The notes: generated from the letters alone by a model not told the origin. A stretch of DNA of 64,000 bases from Octopus vulgaris (GCA_951406725.2 OX597831.1:4464001-4528000); one strand, 5' to 3'; positions 41,011 to 55,344 are shown, numbered from the stretch's first letter. Translations and numbers: made by a program.

Positions 41011-42297
41011 AGTCTGCCATCTATAGCAGAGCTCACCAAGACTATTGACTCCCTAGCAAGTAATAAGGCTCCGGGAAAAGACGGTATCCCCTTAGAGATC
41101 ATCAAAACCGGAAAAAACACCATCCTGCTTCGGCACATTTATGAGCTTCTGTATCGGTGCTGGGAAGAGGGTACAGTCCCTCAGGATATGCGGAATTCTA
41201 AGATCATTACGCTTTACAAAAACAAAGGTGACCGTGGTGATTGTAACAATTACCGTGGAATATCTCTTCTAAGCACTGTTGGAAAGGCCTCTGCTCGCAT
41301 TATCCTGTCCAGGCTGCAACTGCTTGCTTCTCGAATTTATCCAGAATCGCAGTGTGGCTTTAGAAGAAGCAGATCAACTATTGACATGATATTCTCCATA
41401 CGCCAACTTCAGGAGAAGTCCAGAGAGCAGAAAATATCATTATATATGGCCTTCATTGATCTGACAAAGGCCTTTGACTTGGTAAGTAGAAAAGGCCTCT
41501 TCATCCTGCTCCAAAAAATCGGATGTCCACCAAAGCTGCTGAGGATCATCACATCTTTCCATGATGATATGCAATGCACCATACAGCACAATGGTTCAAC
41601 ATCAGCCGCCTTCCAAATAAAAAATGGAGTAAAGCAAGGTTGTGTCCTTGCTCCTACATTATTTGGCATCTTCTTCTCGCTGCTGCTGTCACAAGCCTTT
41701 GTGACATCAGATGATGGAGTGTTTCTGCACAGTAGAAGTGATGGGAAACTGTTTAATCTCTCGCGTCTGCGTGCCAAGACCAAAATCAGAAGCGTCCTGA
41801 TCAAGGAGATGTTATTTGCTGATGATGCCGCACTGGTATCACACACAGAAGAAGCCCTACAAAGGCTCATCAATTGTTTTGAGCAAGCATGTGGCAACTT
41901 TGGCTTATTTATCAGTCTCAAGAAGACCAACATCATGGGTCAGGTTACATCGACCATCCCAAACATACATATTGGAAACCACAGACTACAGGAGGTGGAT
42001 AAGTTTACCTATTTTGGCTCTACCGTCACCTACAACCTATCCCTTGATACTGAGTTCAATATACGCATTGGCAAGGCTGCTGCCCAACTCTCCAAACGGG
42101 CATGGGACAACAATAAGCTGACCAAGACCCCAAAAATGAAGAGTTACCAGGCATGTGTACTTAGCACTCTACTGTATGGAAGTGAGACTTGGACGCCATA
42201 CACACGCCATACGAAGCCATATGTCGCCTAAATATCTTTCACCTGCGCTGCCTCCGGAAAATCCTTCGCATCAAATGGCAGAATCATGTCTCCAATA
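41011..42297 (+). mobile_element. RTE-clade LINE reverse-transcriptase fragment with about 400 uninterrupted codons
   Basis: KAPGKDGIP, NYRGISLLS, ESQCGFR, FIDLTKAFD, GVKQGCVLAP, LFADD and LLYGSETWT. The ORF N-terminus (40765-41010) is non-homologous, and the 3' end is cut by a SINE. Confidence 0.95.
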
Positions 42298-42364
42298 AAG
42301 CCTCGGGCCAACCAAAGCTTTGTGAGTTGATTTGGTAGACGGAAACTGAAAGAAGCACGTCGTA

Positions 42365-42425
<61 letters not shown>

Positions 42426-42622
42426 CTGTGTTTGTCTCCCAACATCGCTTGACAACCGATGCTGGTGTGTTTACACGTCCCTATAACTTAGCGGTTCGGC
42501 AAAAGAGACCGACAGAATAAGTACTAGGCTTACAAAGAATAAGTCCTGGGGTCGTTTTGCTCGACTAAAGGCGGTGCTCCAGCATGGCTGCAGTCAAATG
42601 ACTGAAACAAAAAAAAGAGTAA
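42298..42622 (+). mobile_element. SINE family A, 5'-truncated
   Basis: Matches the family A copies. Confidence 0.9.
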
Positions 42623-42683
42623 ATACACACACAGAGAAAAACAGAAAGAGAAACTATATTAATTTCACTCTATTGTACATGTA

Positions 42684-42905
42684 TTGGCATGTCCGGAAAG
42701 TTTGTGCTGATTTATGGTAGCTTACCTTTTGACTTACCTTCTCAGGCACCTCAGTTCTGGGAAGAGGACATTTTCAAGTTAAAAGATGGAGACGCATTGT
42801 GCAACATAATGTTGCATTATTTGATTGATTAAAAATGTAATGGCAAGTATTTATTGACCTTTTTCTTTCCTTTCAAAATCGGCACGAACTTTCCGGACAA
42901 CCCAA
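42684..42905. mobile_element. Mariner-type MITE
   Basis: TIRs ttggcatgtccggaaagtttgtgctgattt and aaatcggcacgaactttccggacaacccaa, with TA on both flanks. Confidence 0.85.
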
Positions 42906-43050
42906 TACATAGAATTCTTCAGCGTTACCCCGCGGTGTATCCTCTAGGACCATCATAACCAGAAATGAAAATAGTAATTATCTTTCGATTTTGTATTACT
43001 TTATATAATGTTCGTGTGTGAGTGTGTATGAGTGTACGTTTGTGCATATT

Positions 43051-43089
<39 letters not shown>

Positions 43090-43247
43090 ACGCGTGTGTG
43101 CATGTATGTTTCTATATATTTCCACATCTAAAACACAGGCCCAAATACATGAAGTCTTCATATCATCTGAGAGCTGATTCATTCTACAACGTGTGTGCGA
43201 GTGTGTGCGTGCATGTATGTGTGTGTGTATGGGTATATGTATCTGTG

Positions 43248-43280
<33 letters not shown>

Positions 43281-43349
43281 GCTTCATAGAAGTATGTATA
43301 TATGTATATATATATATATGTATATATATGTCACATAAATAGCTCTACC

Positions 43350-43584
43350 TGCGACGATTTCATCTCATATCGAAGGAGAGGAGCTTTATCCGTCCGGGTT
43401 GCGGATCCGTGGAACAAGCTGCCAGACGAGATGGTGAAGATGCCGACGACCGCTATTGTTCAAGCTACCTATGACCTATATGGCCTGATATATATATATG
43501 ATATATATGTCTGTACTTAACTCCATGTTTAATGGCCTTGCTTTTTGCTTTTGGGCCAAAGAATTAACTAACTAACTAACTAAC
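43350..43584 (+). mobile_element. CR1-like LINE extreme 3' end with (TAAC)n tail
   Basis: RRGALSVRVADPWNKLPDEMV fits the FS.RV...WN.LP motif. Confidence 0.75.
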
Positions 43585-43675
43585 ATATATACGTACATAT
43601 ACATACATATATAAATGTACACACACACGCACACACACAGACATATATATATATATACATACATATATATATATA

Positions 43676-43707
<32 letters not shown>

Positions 43708-43866
43708 CGTATATATATGTCTGTGTGTGTGTGTCTGTATGTATGCATGCTATGTTGGTATGTGTTATCGTTTAATGTTGTTTTGTGTTCTCAGCTAAGC
43801 TTCCACCATATGACAGAAGACGATTGATATTCAGTCTGTTTCATCAACAGACAATATCATCACCAA

Positions 43867-43902
<36 letters not shown>

Positions 43903-44481
43903 AATCGTCTTCGTCATCGCCATTGTTCGTTACGAACGTCACTATCATCGTCCCCAACATCATTGTCATCATCACGGCCGTTGTCGTCGTTGTCATCATT
44001 TTCTCCGCTCCTCCTCCTCCCCCTCCTCCCCCTTTTCCTCTCCTCATCCCCTCCTTATCCCCTCCTCCTACCACCACCACCACCCCGCTCGTCGACCACA
44101 TCTCTCACCATGGGTGTATCCAACCGCATCCCAAAAGACGTCGTGAAGAGTGTATCGTAATTCAATTTAAGACGAAATGATCTCCCAAAAATCTTGACAC
44201 CCCGAACCCTCGCGTCCCTTCCACACACCCTTTTATTGCCAACAATTCATTTCCCTTCCCAATCTTTCTCTCTTTCCTTCTCTCTTTCCATCTTCCTCTC
44301 TGCTATTTATAAAGTGGGTCCCACCGACTGTTAAAATAAACATATCTACCCGCACACACACACACCACCCATACGCGCACACCCACACACGCACCCACAC
44401 ACACACATTTGCATTGGATATATATATATATATGAGCGGTGTATATATGTATACATACATATATATATACATACACACATG

Positions 44482-44515
<34 letters not shown>

Positions 44516-44763
44516 CACATATAATTTATATATATTCATCTATATGTATATCTCGGAGGCTAATGCCCATTTGTGATTTTGTTCCTGTTTGCGTGTGTCA
44601 CACACACACATACACACGCGCGCGGCGCGCACGCAAACACACACATGCAAATGTGTAGATATGTATGCTTATGTTTGGGTATATGTATATATATTATGCA
44701 TATACATACATATATATATATTCGTTTTTATATTTGGTTTGCAAGATTCTTGTTATATATATG

Positions 44764-44808
<45 letters not shown>

Positions 44809-44828
44809 TTGGTTTGCAAGATTCTCTT

Positions 44829-44883
<55 letters not shown>

Positions 44884-45087
44884 ATCGGTTTTGGATTTGG
44901 ATTGCAAGATTCTCTTCTTGCCGTATTGTTTCAATCCATCATTTTCTGCCTTACTTCATGCTTAGCTCTTGTTTGTCCATCCCCTCAATGATTTTACCTA
45001 TATCATTGGCATACCTGGAATGGTGGTAACCTGGAATTTAAAGTGTTCGGGCTTTAAAAAGCGTCGAAATTGTGCTTGAAGTTAGAT

Positions 45088-45163
45088 CCCTGAGCGTCCA
45101 ATAATAGTATTTTGTTCCACGTCCTCGCGTGTTTGTGTTTTTTTGCGCTTTCATGTTTGGATA
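45088..45163 (+). mobile_element. Family H4 3' tail fragment
   Basis: cctgagcgtccaataatagtattttgttccacgtcctcgcg. Confidence 0.7.
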
Positions 45164-45460
45164 ATATATATATATATATATATTTCGTTTTTGGATTTGG
45201 TTTGCAAATGACTGAAACAAGTAAAAGAGTAAAAGACTAAAAGACAGAGTAATAATAATAGTGATAATAATAGGTTAAAATTTTGCCACAAGGGCAGCCA
45301 ATGTTTCACTGCTACTTAAGTTATCGACACCGAAAAGATAAAAAAAGCAAAGTCGGAACTTCGGCGGAACTTGATCGTAAAGACGGACGAAATGCCGCTA
45401 AGCATTTTGCCCGGCGTGCTAACGATTCTACCAGCCCCCTAACACAAATAATAATAATTA

Positions 45461-45529
<69 letters not shown>

Positions 45530-45563
45530 TAGTAGTAGTTGTAGTAGTAGTAGTAGCAGTAGC

Positions 45564-45618
<55 letters not shown>
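45461..45618. repeat. (TAG)n microsatellite
   Basis: Direct inspection. Confidence 0.95.
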
Positions 45619-45619
<1 letters not shown>

Positions 45620-45960
45620 CTTCTGAATATGATGGGTGACGATGTCGTAGGAGATAATGAAAAATTCAGCAACAATGTTTGTAAGCCTTCGGCAGGAATT
45701 ATTATTGGTAAAGAAGGAACACAAGGCCAGCTGGAACCTGCATTCTGTCGGTTTGAAGAGATAAGAGCAGTGAGGTGCGAACCGTAATTGACGGACTTTT
45801 GCAGTTGAGGCGGAGAGGTGACTGACGGCGCGATTAATGTCAAATTTGAAACAACAGATGGTAAAATACGACCGACGAACGCAACACCGTTCCACAACGT
45901 ACACAAAAACCATAGGCGTACACACACACACACACACATAGGAGTATACACATATATACG

Positions 45961-47030
45961 TACATCCATCCATCCATACATACATACTTATATAGATACA
46001 TACATACACAAATACATAGATGCATACATACAAAATATATACATACACACATGCTTACATATATATACACGTATAATTACATACGTACGTACGTGTATAC
46101 ATAAATGCATATATACGTACATATTGCATAGATACATACATAAACAAATATTTACATACATGCATACATGCATACATACAAAATACATACATACACACAT
46201 GCTTACATATGCACATATAATTACGTACGTACGTGTATACATAAATGCATATATACGTACATATTGCACAGATACATACATAAACAAATATTTACATGCA
46301 TACATATATACATACGCTCTTACATAATTACATACATACACACATACATATATACATACAAACATATATGTAGGTACATGCGTGTGTAAGTATTTGTCCA
46401 TATATACATCCATCCATCCATCCATACATACATACTTATATAGATACATACATACACAAATACATAGATGCATACATACAAAATATATACATACACACAT
46501 GCTTACATATATATACACGTATAATTACATACGTACGTACGTACGTGTATACATAAATGCATATATACGTACATATTGCATAGATACATACATAAACAAA
46601 TATTTACATACATGCATACATATATACGTACGCTCTTACATAATTACATACATACACACATACGTACATACATACAAACATATATGTAGGTACATGCGTA
46701 TGTAAGTATTTGTCCATATATACATCCATCCATCCACACATACATACATACTTATATAGATACATACATACATAAATACATAGATGCATACATACAAAAT
46801 ACATACATACACACATGCTTACATATACACATATAATTACATACGTACGTACGTGTATGCATAAATGCATATATACGTACATATTGCATAGATACATACA
46901 TAAATACATATTTACATACATGCATACATATATACGTACGCTCTTACATGATTACATGCATACAAACATACGTACATACATACAAACATATATGTAAGTA
47001 CATGCGTGTGTAAGTATTTGTCCATATATA
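45961..47030. repeat. Tandem repeat of about 310 bp built from microsatellite-like sequence (3 copies)
   Basis: gtaagtatttgtccatata recurs at 46386, 46702 and 47010. Confidence 0.85.
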
Positions 47031-47484
47031 AACATATTTTTATATATGAATATATGAATGCATGCGTCTATGTGTATGTATGTGCATAGGTCTGTGCGCG
47101 CGCGCGTGTGTGTGTGAGTGTGTTTGTGTCTGTGTGTGTGCATGTGTGTTTATGCATAACGCCAAAAAATTTCCATACATACAAAGTATAAAACAAGCAC
47201 ATACGCGTATACTCTCATACACACACACACACACACTATGTATGTATGCATATATATATATATATATATACATATATATATGCATATATATATGCATATA
47301 CATATATATATATATATACATATATACACACGTATGTATGTATATATATACATATATATATGTATGTATGTATGCATATATATATACATGCATATACACA
47401 TATAAGTGCATATATATATGCATATACATATATATATATATACACACAAACACACACGCTCTCACGCACACACATATATATACA

Positions 47485-47532
<48 letters not shown>

Positions 47533-47592
47533 GCATATATATACATATATATATATATATATATGCATATATATTATATATATATATGTATG

Positions 47593-47647
<55 letters not shown>

Positions 47648-48021
47648 ATATACATACACGTCGACACACACTCCCACTCCCGCACGCACGCACACACACA
47701 CATGCACGTTACGCGTATGTCGATGCAGAGCAATGTGTGAGCAATGCGTGTATTCGTGTGCCTGGCTATGGGGAACAGCTTTTTTTTCTTTAAACCTTAC
47801 ATTATTACAGACACAATTGCTCCACAGGGTTAACGGTTCCATAAGTTGTTTTTCACATTTCCTTACGTGTCAGTCGCGTTTCATGTGGAACGAATACATT
47901 TCTGACGTACGTTCGCGTTTCAAGGCTTTTCTCGTCTAATCGTCAGTATACAAACCGTAGTCGTGTGTATAACTTTAAAGTGCATCCGGCAGTAGGTCCT
48001 TGGTTCGGGTGGTCCATGTCA

Positions 48022-48037
48022 TTCTTCTTCTACTTCT

Positions 48038-48069
<32 letters not shown>

Positions 48070-48205
48070 TTCTTCTTCTTCTTCTTCTTCTTCTTTCTCT
48101 TCTTCTTCTTCTTCTTCTTCTTCTTCTTTCTCTTCTTCTTCTTCTTCTTCTTCTTTCTCTTCTTCTTCTTCTTCTTCCTCCTTTTCTTCTTCATCTTCCA
48201 CTTCT

Positions 48206-48276
<71 letters not shown>

Positions 48277-48300
48277 TTCTTCCACTTCCTCCTCCTCCTC
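48022..48300. repeat. (TTC)n microsatellite
   Basis: Direct inspection. Confidence 0.95.
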
Positions 48301-48465
48301 CTCATCATCACCATCACCATCATCATCATCAACAACCTCCCTTTCGTCCTTTTGAGGGTCGATAATCGTACGTACCAGTGAAACATTGGGGTCGATGTAA
48401 TCGAGTAGTCAGTCCCCTCCGCACACATTTCAGAAAGGAGTATTATTATTATTATTATTATTATT

Positions 48466-49018
48466 GAGTGAGAGAGCAGTGTATGCCATCAAAGTGACAC
48501 TGGGGTAAAATATACGAAGCCCAGTATACCCATCATGACTATCCGTCTGATAAGGGCACACCAGGCACATGCATCACAACCATATGTGCGCGACATGGTG
48601 ATCTCATATCAAGATAAACAGCACATGACCTTGCAGGTGGAGCCCAGTTAGAATTTTCTTCAGATCGAGTAACCCACCCGCTCATAAGGTCCCTGAATAA
48701 GGGTTGTTTAAGGACGTTGAACGAAACACCCATGTTTCCAGAGGTGAATTATTCAAACCCCAAAGAATCCTTCTCAACACATGGCTATGATGCTCCCCCA
48801 CTACTTCTGCTCGTGATCAGAGATGCACATATCGTCAGCCACTAAGGGACATGCTCAACTGGTTAAGGTCAAACAACTGACAAGCAAATCTGTGGTATTG
48901 AGCAGAATATTTGCTGTAGCCCATCTTTTATACCAAGACAAAACAATGTACATGATAACACTTCCAATCAGTTAAGATCAGAAGCCATGAGAGCCACTGC
49001 CTGGTACTGCATCAGGGC

Positions 49019-49021
<3 letters not shown>
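48466..49021. mobile_element. Non-coding insertion of about 555 bp within (TAA)n
   Basis: High-complexity block with sharp borders and (att)n on both sides. No long ORF. Confidence 0.6.
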
Positions 49022-49076
<55 letters not shown>

Positions 49077-49108
49077 ATATATATAATATATATATTATTA
49101 TCATTATT

Positions 49109-49160
<52 letters not shown>

Positions 49161-49162
<2 letters not shown>

Positions 49163-49305
49163 TTAGTGTAGGAAGAGAAGGCTGCAAAATGGTCTCCTTA
49201 TTCAATCCGAATTAGGGACTTTGCAGCCTTTGAAACATATGTAGGAAATAATAAAAAGGAATTTTGTTAAATCTTCGTTCAGCTCCATTTCTTCCTACAC
49301 TAAAT
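49161..49305 (+). ncRNA. Hammerhead with 5' core replaced by an inverted fragment
   Basis: (ag)GAAGA-GAAGGCTGCAAA..TTTGCAGCCTTT-GAAA-CATATG-TA-ggaaa. 49161-49176 is the reverse complement of 49290-49305. Confidence 0.6.
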
Positions 49306-49458
49306 ATATAAACTTCAAATTTCCGCACTAAGACACGGGTTTGAGACCCCATGGTCGTAACCTCAACCGTGATTTTTCTGTTGTGATTTTTGCTACCCAG
49401 GTATCGGATATCATTTGAATAATCCGTAACAAGATAATTCATTTACCCATTTCAATAA

Positions 49459-49525
<67 letters not shown>

Positions 49526-50179
49526 ATTTGTGTGTGTGCATATATTCCTATCTACACACACAAATAGAAAGAACTTCCTGTCTGCTCTCTTTTTCTCTCT
49601 GCTTCTCACTCTCATCTTATCTGCATCAACTCATTATTTAGGATGATGATGACAGTGATTAAGGGGACGACCGTATACTAATTAACTTTGATTAGATCCA
49701 CCAGCAGAAGCAGCAGCAACAGCAACTGCAACAGCAGACCCACCACCACCACCACCACCACCACCACAGCCGCCGCCACCACCACAGCCGCCACCACCAC
49801 CATCGCCAACACTATTACAACCACCAAAAGAGCCTCGTATATTATTGATTACCACCATAACTATCACACTAAACACCACCACCACCACCACCACCACTGC
49901 CACCTCCACCACCAACATCACCACCACCATCACCTCCACTACTAGTACTATCACCACCGCCGCTGCCGCCGCCACCACCGTCACCACCACCACCACCACC
50001 ACCACCACCAAAAGAATCATCACTTATAACCACAGTAACCACCAGTCACCATACCCTTCAGACTTCTGCATGGCCCTAGCCTCGCTCTCGTCCACCTCAA
50101 ACCTACCGTCTGCTCTAGAACCACACCCAACTCCCCATCACAAGCCGCCTCCATACGGTTTGTCGGTTATTCGAATTCC

Positions 50180-50499
50180 AGTGAAGGCGCATGGCTCGGT
50201 GGTTCGGGTATTCGGTTTGCGATCGTACGGCCGTGAGTACGATTCCCTACGGCGCGTTGTTTCCTTGAGCAAGACACTTTATTTCACATTGGTGCAGTCC
50301 ACTCAGCTGCCAAAAATAAGTAGTACCTGTATTTCAAAGGGCCAGCCTTGTCACACTCTTTGTTACGCTGAATCTCCCCGAGAACTACTTTAAGGGTACG
50401 CGTGCCTGTGGAGTGCCACTTGCACATTAATTTCACGAGCAGGGTGTTCCGTTGATCGGATCAACTGGAAGCCTCGTCGTCGTAACTGACGGAGTGCCA
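50180..50499 (+). mobile_element. SINE with a distinct head and family B tail, 14-bp TSD
   Basis: TSD gttattcgaattcc at 50166-50179 and 50500-50513. Contains ccttgagcaagacac, and the tail matches family B. Confidence 0.88.
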
Positions 50500-50689
50500 G
50501 TTATTCGAATTCCTAGAAATAGCAGCTAGAAACGAAATGTCACATTAGATAACATGATGATGGTTGTAATGTATCACTGTATCAAGTGGACTGCTGAATG
50601 TTGTTACTCACCGCTAGTCACAATGTGCCTCTTCACATGATTTTAGCTTTCTAATGATGCTACCTCGTTGGCAAGGCGGGTAGGTCAAG

Positions 50690-50875
50690 ATACCCACTGA
50701 AAGGATCGCCAGTGTGTCGCAGAGTTTACCTATTTACAGGTGACTGGACTGGGATACTGTAGCGTGAAGTGAAGTGCTTTGCTCAAGAACTCGGCGCCCG
50801 TCCGGTCGAGGAATCGAAACCGCGATCTCGCGATCCCGAGTGCAACAGCCTAACCACTAGGCCACGCGCCTTCAC
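50690..50875 (-). mobile_element. Degenerate tRNA-SINE (head like the 50180 element)
   Basis: Minus strand gaaggcgcgtggcctagtggttagg...ggtttcgattcc...cttgagcaaagcac. Confidence 0.7.
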
Positions 50876-50987
50876 CGTTATATTGCAGCCACGGAAAAAT
50901 TCAACGGGACAATCACGGCTGGAACGCCTTTGATTACGGACCCACTTAATCGTGGTCTGACCCATGTCTATTCAACAATAACAACAA

Positions 50988-51018
<31 letters not shown>

Positions 51019-51097
51019 AATAACAACAACAATTATAACAAGGGTCCAATCAATGATGATGTCCCTTCTTTCTTGCCATTTATCTATATTCTATTAT

Positions 51098-51505
51098 AGT
51101 CGCAGGACTGGCTGTGTGGTAAGTAGCTTGCTAACCAACCACATGGTTCCGGGTTCAGTCCCACTGCGTGGCATCTTGGGCAAGTGTCTTCTGCTATAGC
51201 CCCGGGCCGACCAATGCCTTGTGAGTGGATTTGGTAGACGGAAACTGAAAGAAGCCTGTCGTATATATGTATATATATATATGTATGTGTGTGTGTGTGT
51301 TTGTTCCCCTAGCATTGCTTGAGAACCGATGCTGGTGTGTTTACGTCCCCGTCACATTAGCGGTTCGGTAAAAAGAGACCGATAGAATAAGTACTGGGAT
51401 TACAAAAAGAATAAGTCCCGGGGTCGAGTTGCTCGGCTAAAGGCGGTGCTCCAGCATGGCCGCAGTCAAATGACTGAAACAAGTAAAAGAGTAAAAGAGA
51501 GAAAG
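51098..51505 (+). mobile_element. SINE family A, full length
   Basis: Matches the family A copies. Confidence 0.92.
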
Positions 51506-53038
51506 AGGGTCTTGTACATCTGTCTTCCCCTTTCAGACTTCTGCGTGGCCCCTAGCCTCGCTCTTGTCCACCCCAAACCTACCGTCTCCTCTAGAACCAC
51601 ACCCAACTCCCCATCGCAACCCGCCTCCATCCCCCCCCCATCTTCATCCGTACATGGAAACTGATCGATTCGCTTTAGGTTATGACGTGGGGTTTTTTTG
51701 TGTGTGGTAGTTGTTGTTGTTGTTGTTTTTGTTTTTGTTTTTGGTTTTGTTGCTTTGCATTTTTGTCTTGCTTCGGTTCTGTTGATCAGAAATATTTCCA
51801 GAGAAACTTTGATTAAAGACATGACCTAAATAACAAAGACAACCATTGAACACACACACACACACGCACATAATACACAAACACACACATACACATACGC
51901 ACACGCATACACACACATATACACACATGCATACACACATGCATACACACAAACACACACACACAGAGAAACTCACACACAATCACACAAACATATATAC
52001 ACAAACACACATACAAACACGCATACACACAAACACACAAACATACGCACACACACACACGCATACTCACAAACACACACATATACACAGATACATACAT
52101 ACACTCACAGAAACTCACACACATTCACACATACATACATACATACATACACACAAACACACATACACACACGCATGCACACAAACACACATATTCACAG
52201 ATGCATACACAGAAACACACACACACAGAGAAACTCACACACAATCACACAAACATGTATGCACAAACACACATACAAACACGCATACAAACACACAAAT
52301 ACGCACACACTCATACATGCACAGACACAGACTCACACACACACATCCAGTAGAGACACAGACGTACACACACGTAGAATCTCTCACACACACCCTTACG
52401 CACATCCATACACACACACAAATACGCACACACTCGCACATGCACAAATACATAACATGCACAGACACAGGCGCACATACACACACACACATCCAGTAGA
52501 GACACAGACGTACACACACGTAGAATCTTTCACACACACCCTTACGCAAAGCCATACACACACACACACACAAAGACGCACATATTCAGATACAGACGCA
52601 CGCATCAGCATCTCATACGCACACACATAATCAAGCATAGTTTCTCTCACACACACAGTCTCACATACACACACGAAGCCACACAGAAACAAGGACACAC
52701 ACACACACACACACACACGCGCATACACAGAAAGACATACATATCATCTCATACAAACACTGACATACACATAATCACACATGGATACACATAAGCGTGT
52801 GCGCGCGCACACAGAGGACCACACACAAAAGCACAAACACACACACACACACAATGACACATACATCATCTCACACAAACACATTCACGTAATCACATTT
52901 ACGCATTCATATACATACACACTCATGTGTACACATACACAAACACACACACGCACACGATGAACATACACGTCCAACGAACACAACGTGTGTGTGTATG
53001 TGTGTCTGTGTTTCAGTTTCATGTGCTTATAATCTATT

Positions 53039-53102
<64 letters not shown>

Positions 53103-53258
53103 GGTCTCTCTGTTTATCTGTCTATCTATCAACTTCTCTCTCTCTCTCTATCTATCTATCGATCTGTCTACATGTGTCCGATTTAGTGTCTGACGTTATG
53201 TACACATGTATTTACACAAGCACACGCACACACAGACATATCTGGTTCTATAAACACA

Positions 53259-53317
<59 letters not shown>

Positions 53318-53499
53318 GCACACACACATACTCATGCACATACAGACACACGGACGTATTTCTATGTTTATATAGCACATAGAGACAGACTTTACTACGA
53401 ATTTGTACGCATATCATCGCACATACATACATACATACATACATGCATACATACATACATACATGCATACATACATACATACATACATACATACATACA

Positions 53500-53533
<34 letters not shown>

Positions 53534-53550
53534 CATACATACATATATAC

Positions 53551-54275
53551 ATGGGACATGACGTTGTAGTTAAGACACTCTGTAATGAAATCCGTCGGAA
53601 GGATAATCCCGAGGACAAAGAAATAAGAACCCACAATATGGTAGTAGCCATAGCTACTCATAATAAAAAGGAATACTGGTGAAGTGTACAAGTGAAGGAC
53701 TTAATAAAATGTAAGCACAACAGGTCTGATATAATGATTTGAGATAGAGAAGAGAAACTGTGTACATTTGTGGAAATTAGCTGCCCACCGGATGTTAGCA
53801 TAAAGAGAACACCTATACTGAACTATTGAGAGATCGGCAGTTACTCTATCCAGATTACAAGTTCACGTTTATACCTGTAATTATTGGGGCCCTGGGATAT
53901 GCAACACACTGCCTAAATACCAGTCCTGAGAACTTAGGCTTCTCAAAATCAGAAAGGGGAAGGTCATTCGAAGGCCACAGATCCAATCCATTATTGGAAC
54001 TTGAAAAATCTGTAAAACTTCCCAGTTTATCATTTAAATCTATATGAGCATGTCTAGATATGCAACTATATGCATGAGAATACATACATAGAACAAAACA
54101 TAAAAATCTGCACGTATAAATACATACACACATACATACATACATACATACATACATACAAACAAAAATACCCTGTTGTTAATGTTGAAATTCCAATGAA
54201 GGAGCCTTGGATTTAGGTTAGAAACCGGCTCTTTCTCTATTGGCAAGAAATCATGAAATAAACTGAATAATGACA
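53551..54275 (+). mobile_element. 3' end of a restriction-like-endonuclease non-LTR element (R4/Dong-like)
   Basis: (R>G)HDVV...KCKHNRSDIMI*DREEKLCTFVEISCPPD...PVIIGALG gives decayed RHD and PD-x-E motifs. 3'UTR has AATAAA. Confidence 0.8.
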
Positions 54276-54319
54276 CACCTGCCTGACTATCTATCTGTCT
54301 GTCTGTCTCTGTCTATTTG

Positions 54320-54775
<456 letters not shown>

Positions 54776-55344
54776 GCATACTAAAACATTTGATACACAT
54801 TTGCGAAGCATTTAATTTTATTTCCTCGTACATATGCAAATAAGTCACATAACAAACACACATACGTAGATGCATATATTACGACACAAATGCGCCATGT
54901 TTGTTTCCGAGTGTATGCGTACCTACGTCTGTATGTCCTTTCGTATTGGGCGTACGTGTGCGAACGTGTTGTGCGTTTGTTCTTAATTCTATCGGCCAGT
55001 TTAGCCATTAATATAAGTCAACGTGAGACAATGTCTACGTTGTATGAACTAATTTATCTTGACTCAAATGTTTCCTGGTTTGGGAATATTTCAGAGCGAC
55101 AGTGGAACTGGCGAAGAAACCTAACGACAAACCCGAGTGTTTTCAACATACGTCTGGTGACATATGGCTTCATTATAATATTTGCACGTCGAACGGGGAT
55201 ACTTTATTTTCTCCATGACGAGAAACGAAATAAAGGACAGACGTACGGTGAGAGAAAAACTATAGCTGCCAATGCGTACGTACATAGGTACGTACGTACA
55301 AGCATACATGCATGCATGCATGCATACATACATACATACATACA

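Noticed and set aside
45630-45790. Peptide PSAGIIIGKEG resembling a KH-domain GxxG motif
   Set aside because: The frame is short and ends in a stop, the rest of the KH pattern is missing, and there are no convincing splice sites. Likely chance within a non-coding island.
48466-49021. HDV-like or twister ribozyme in the (TAA)n insert
   Set aside because: A partial P1/P3-like pairing exists on the minus strand, but P1.1, P2 and J4/2 could not be completed.
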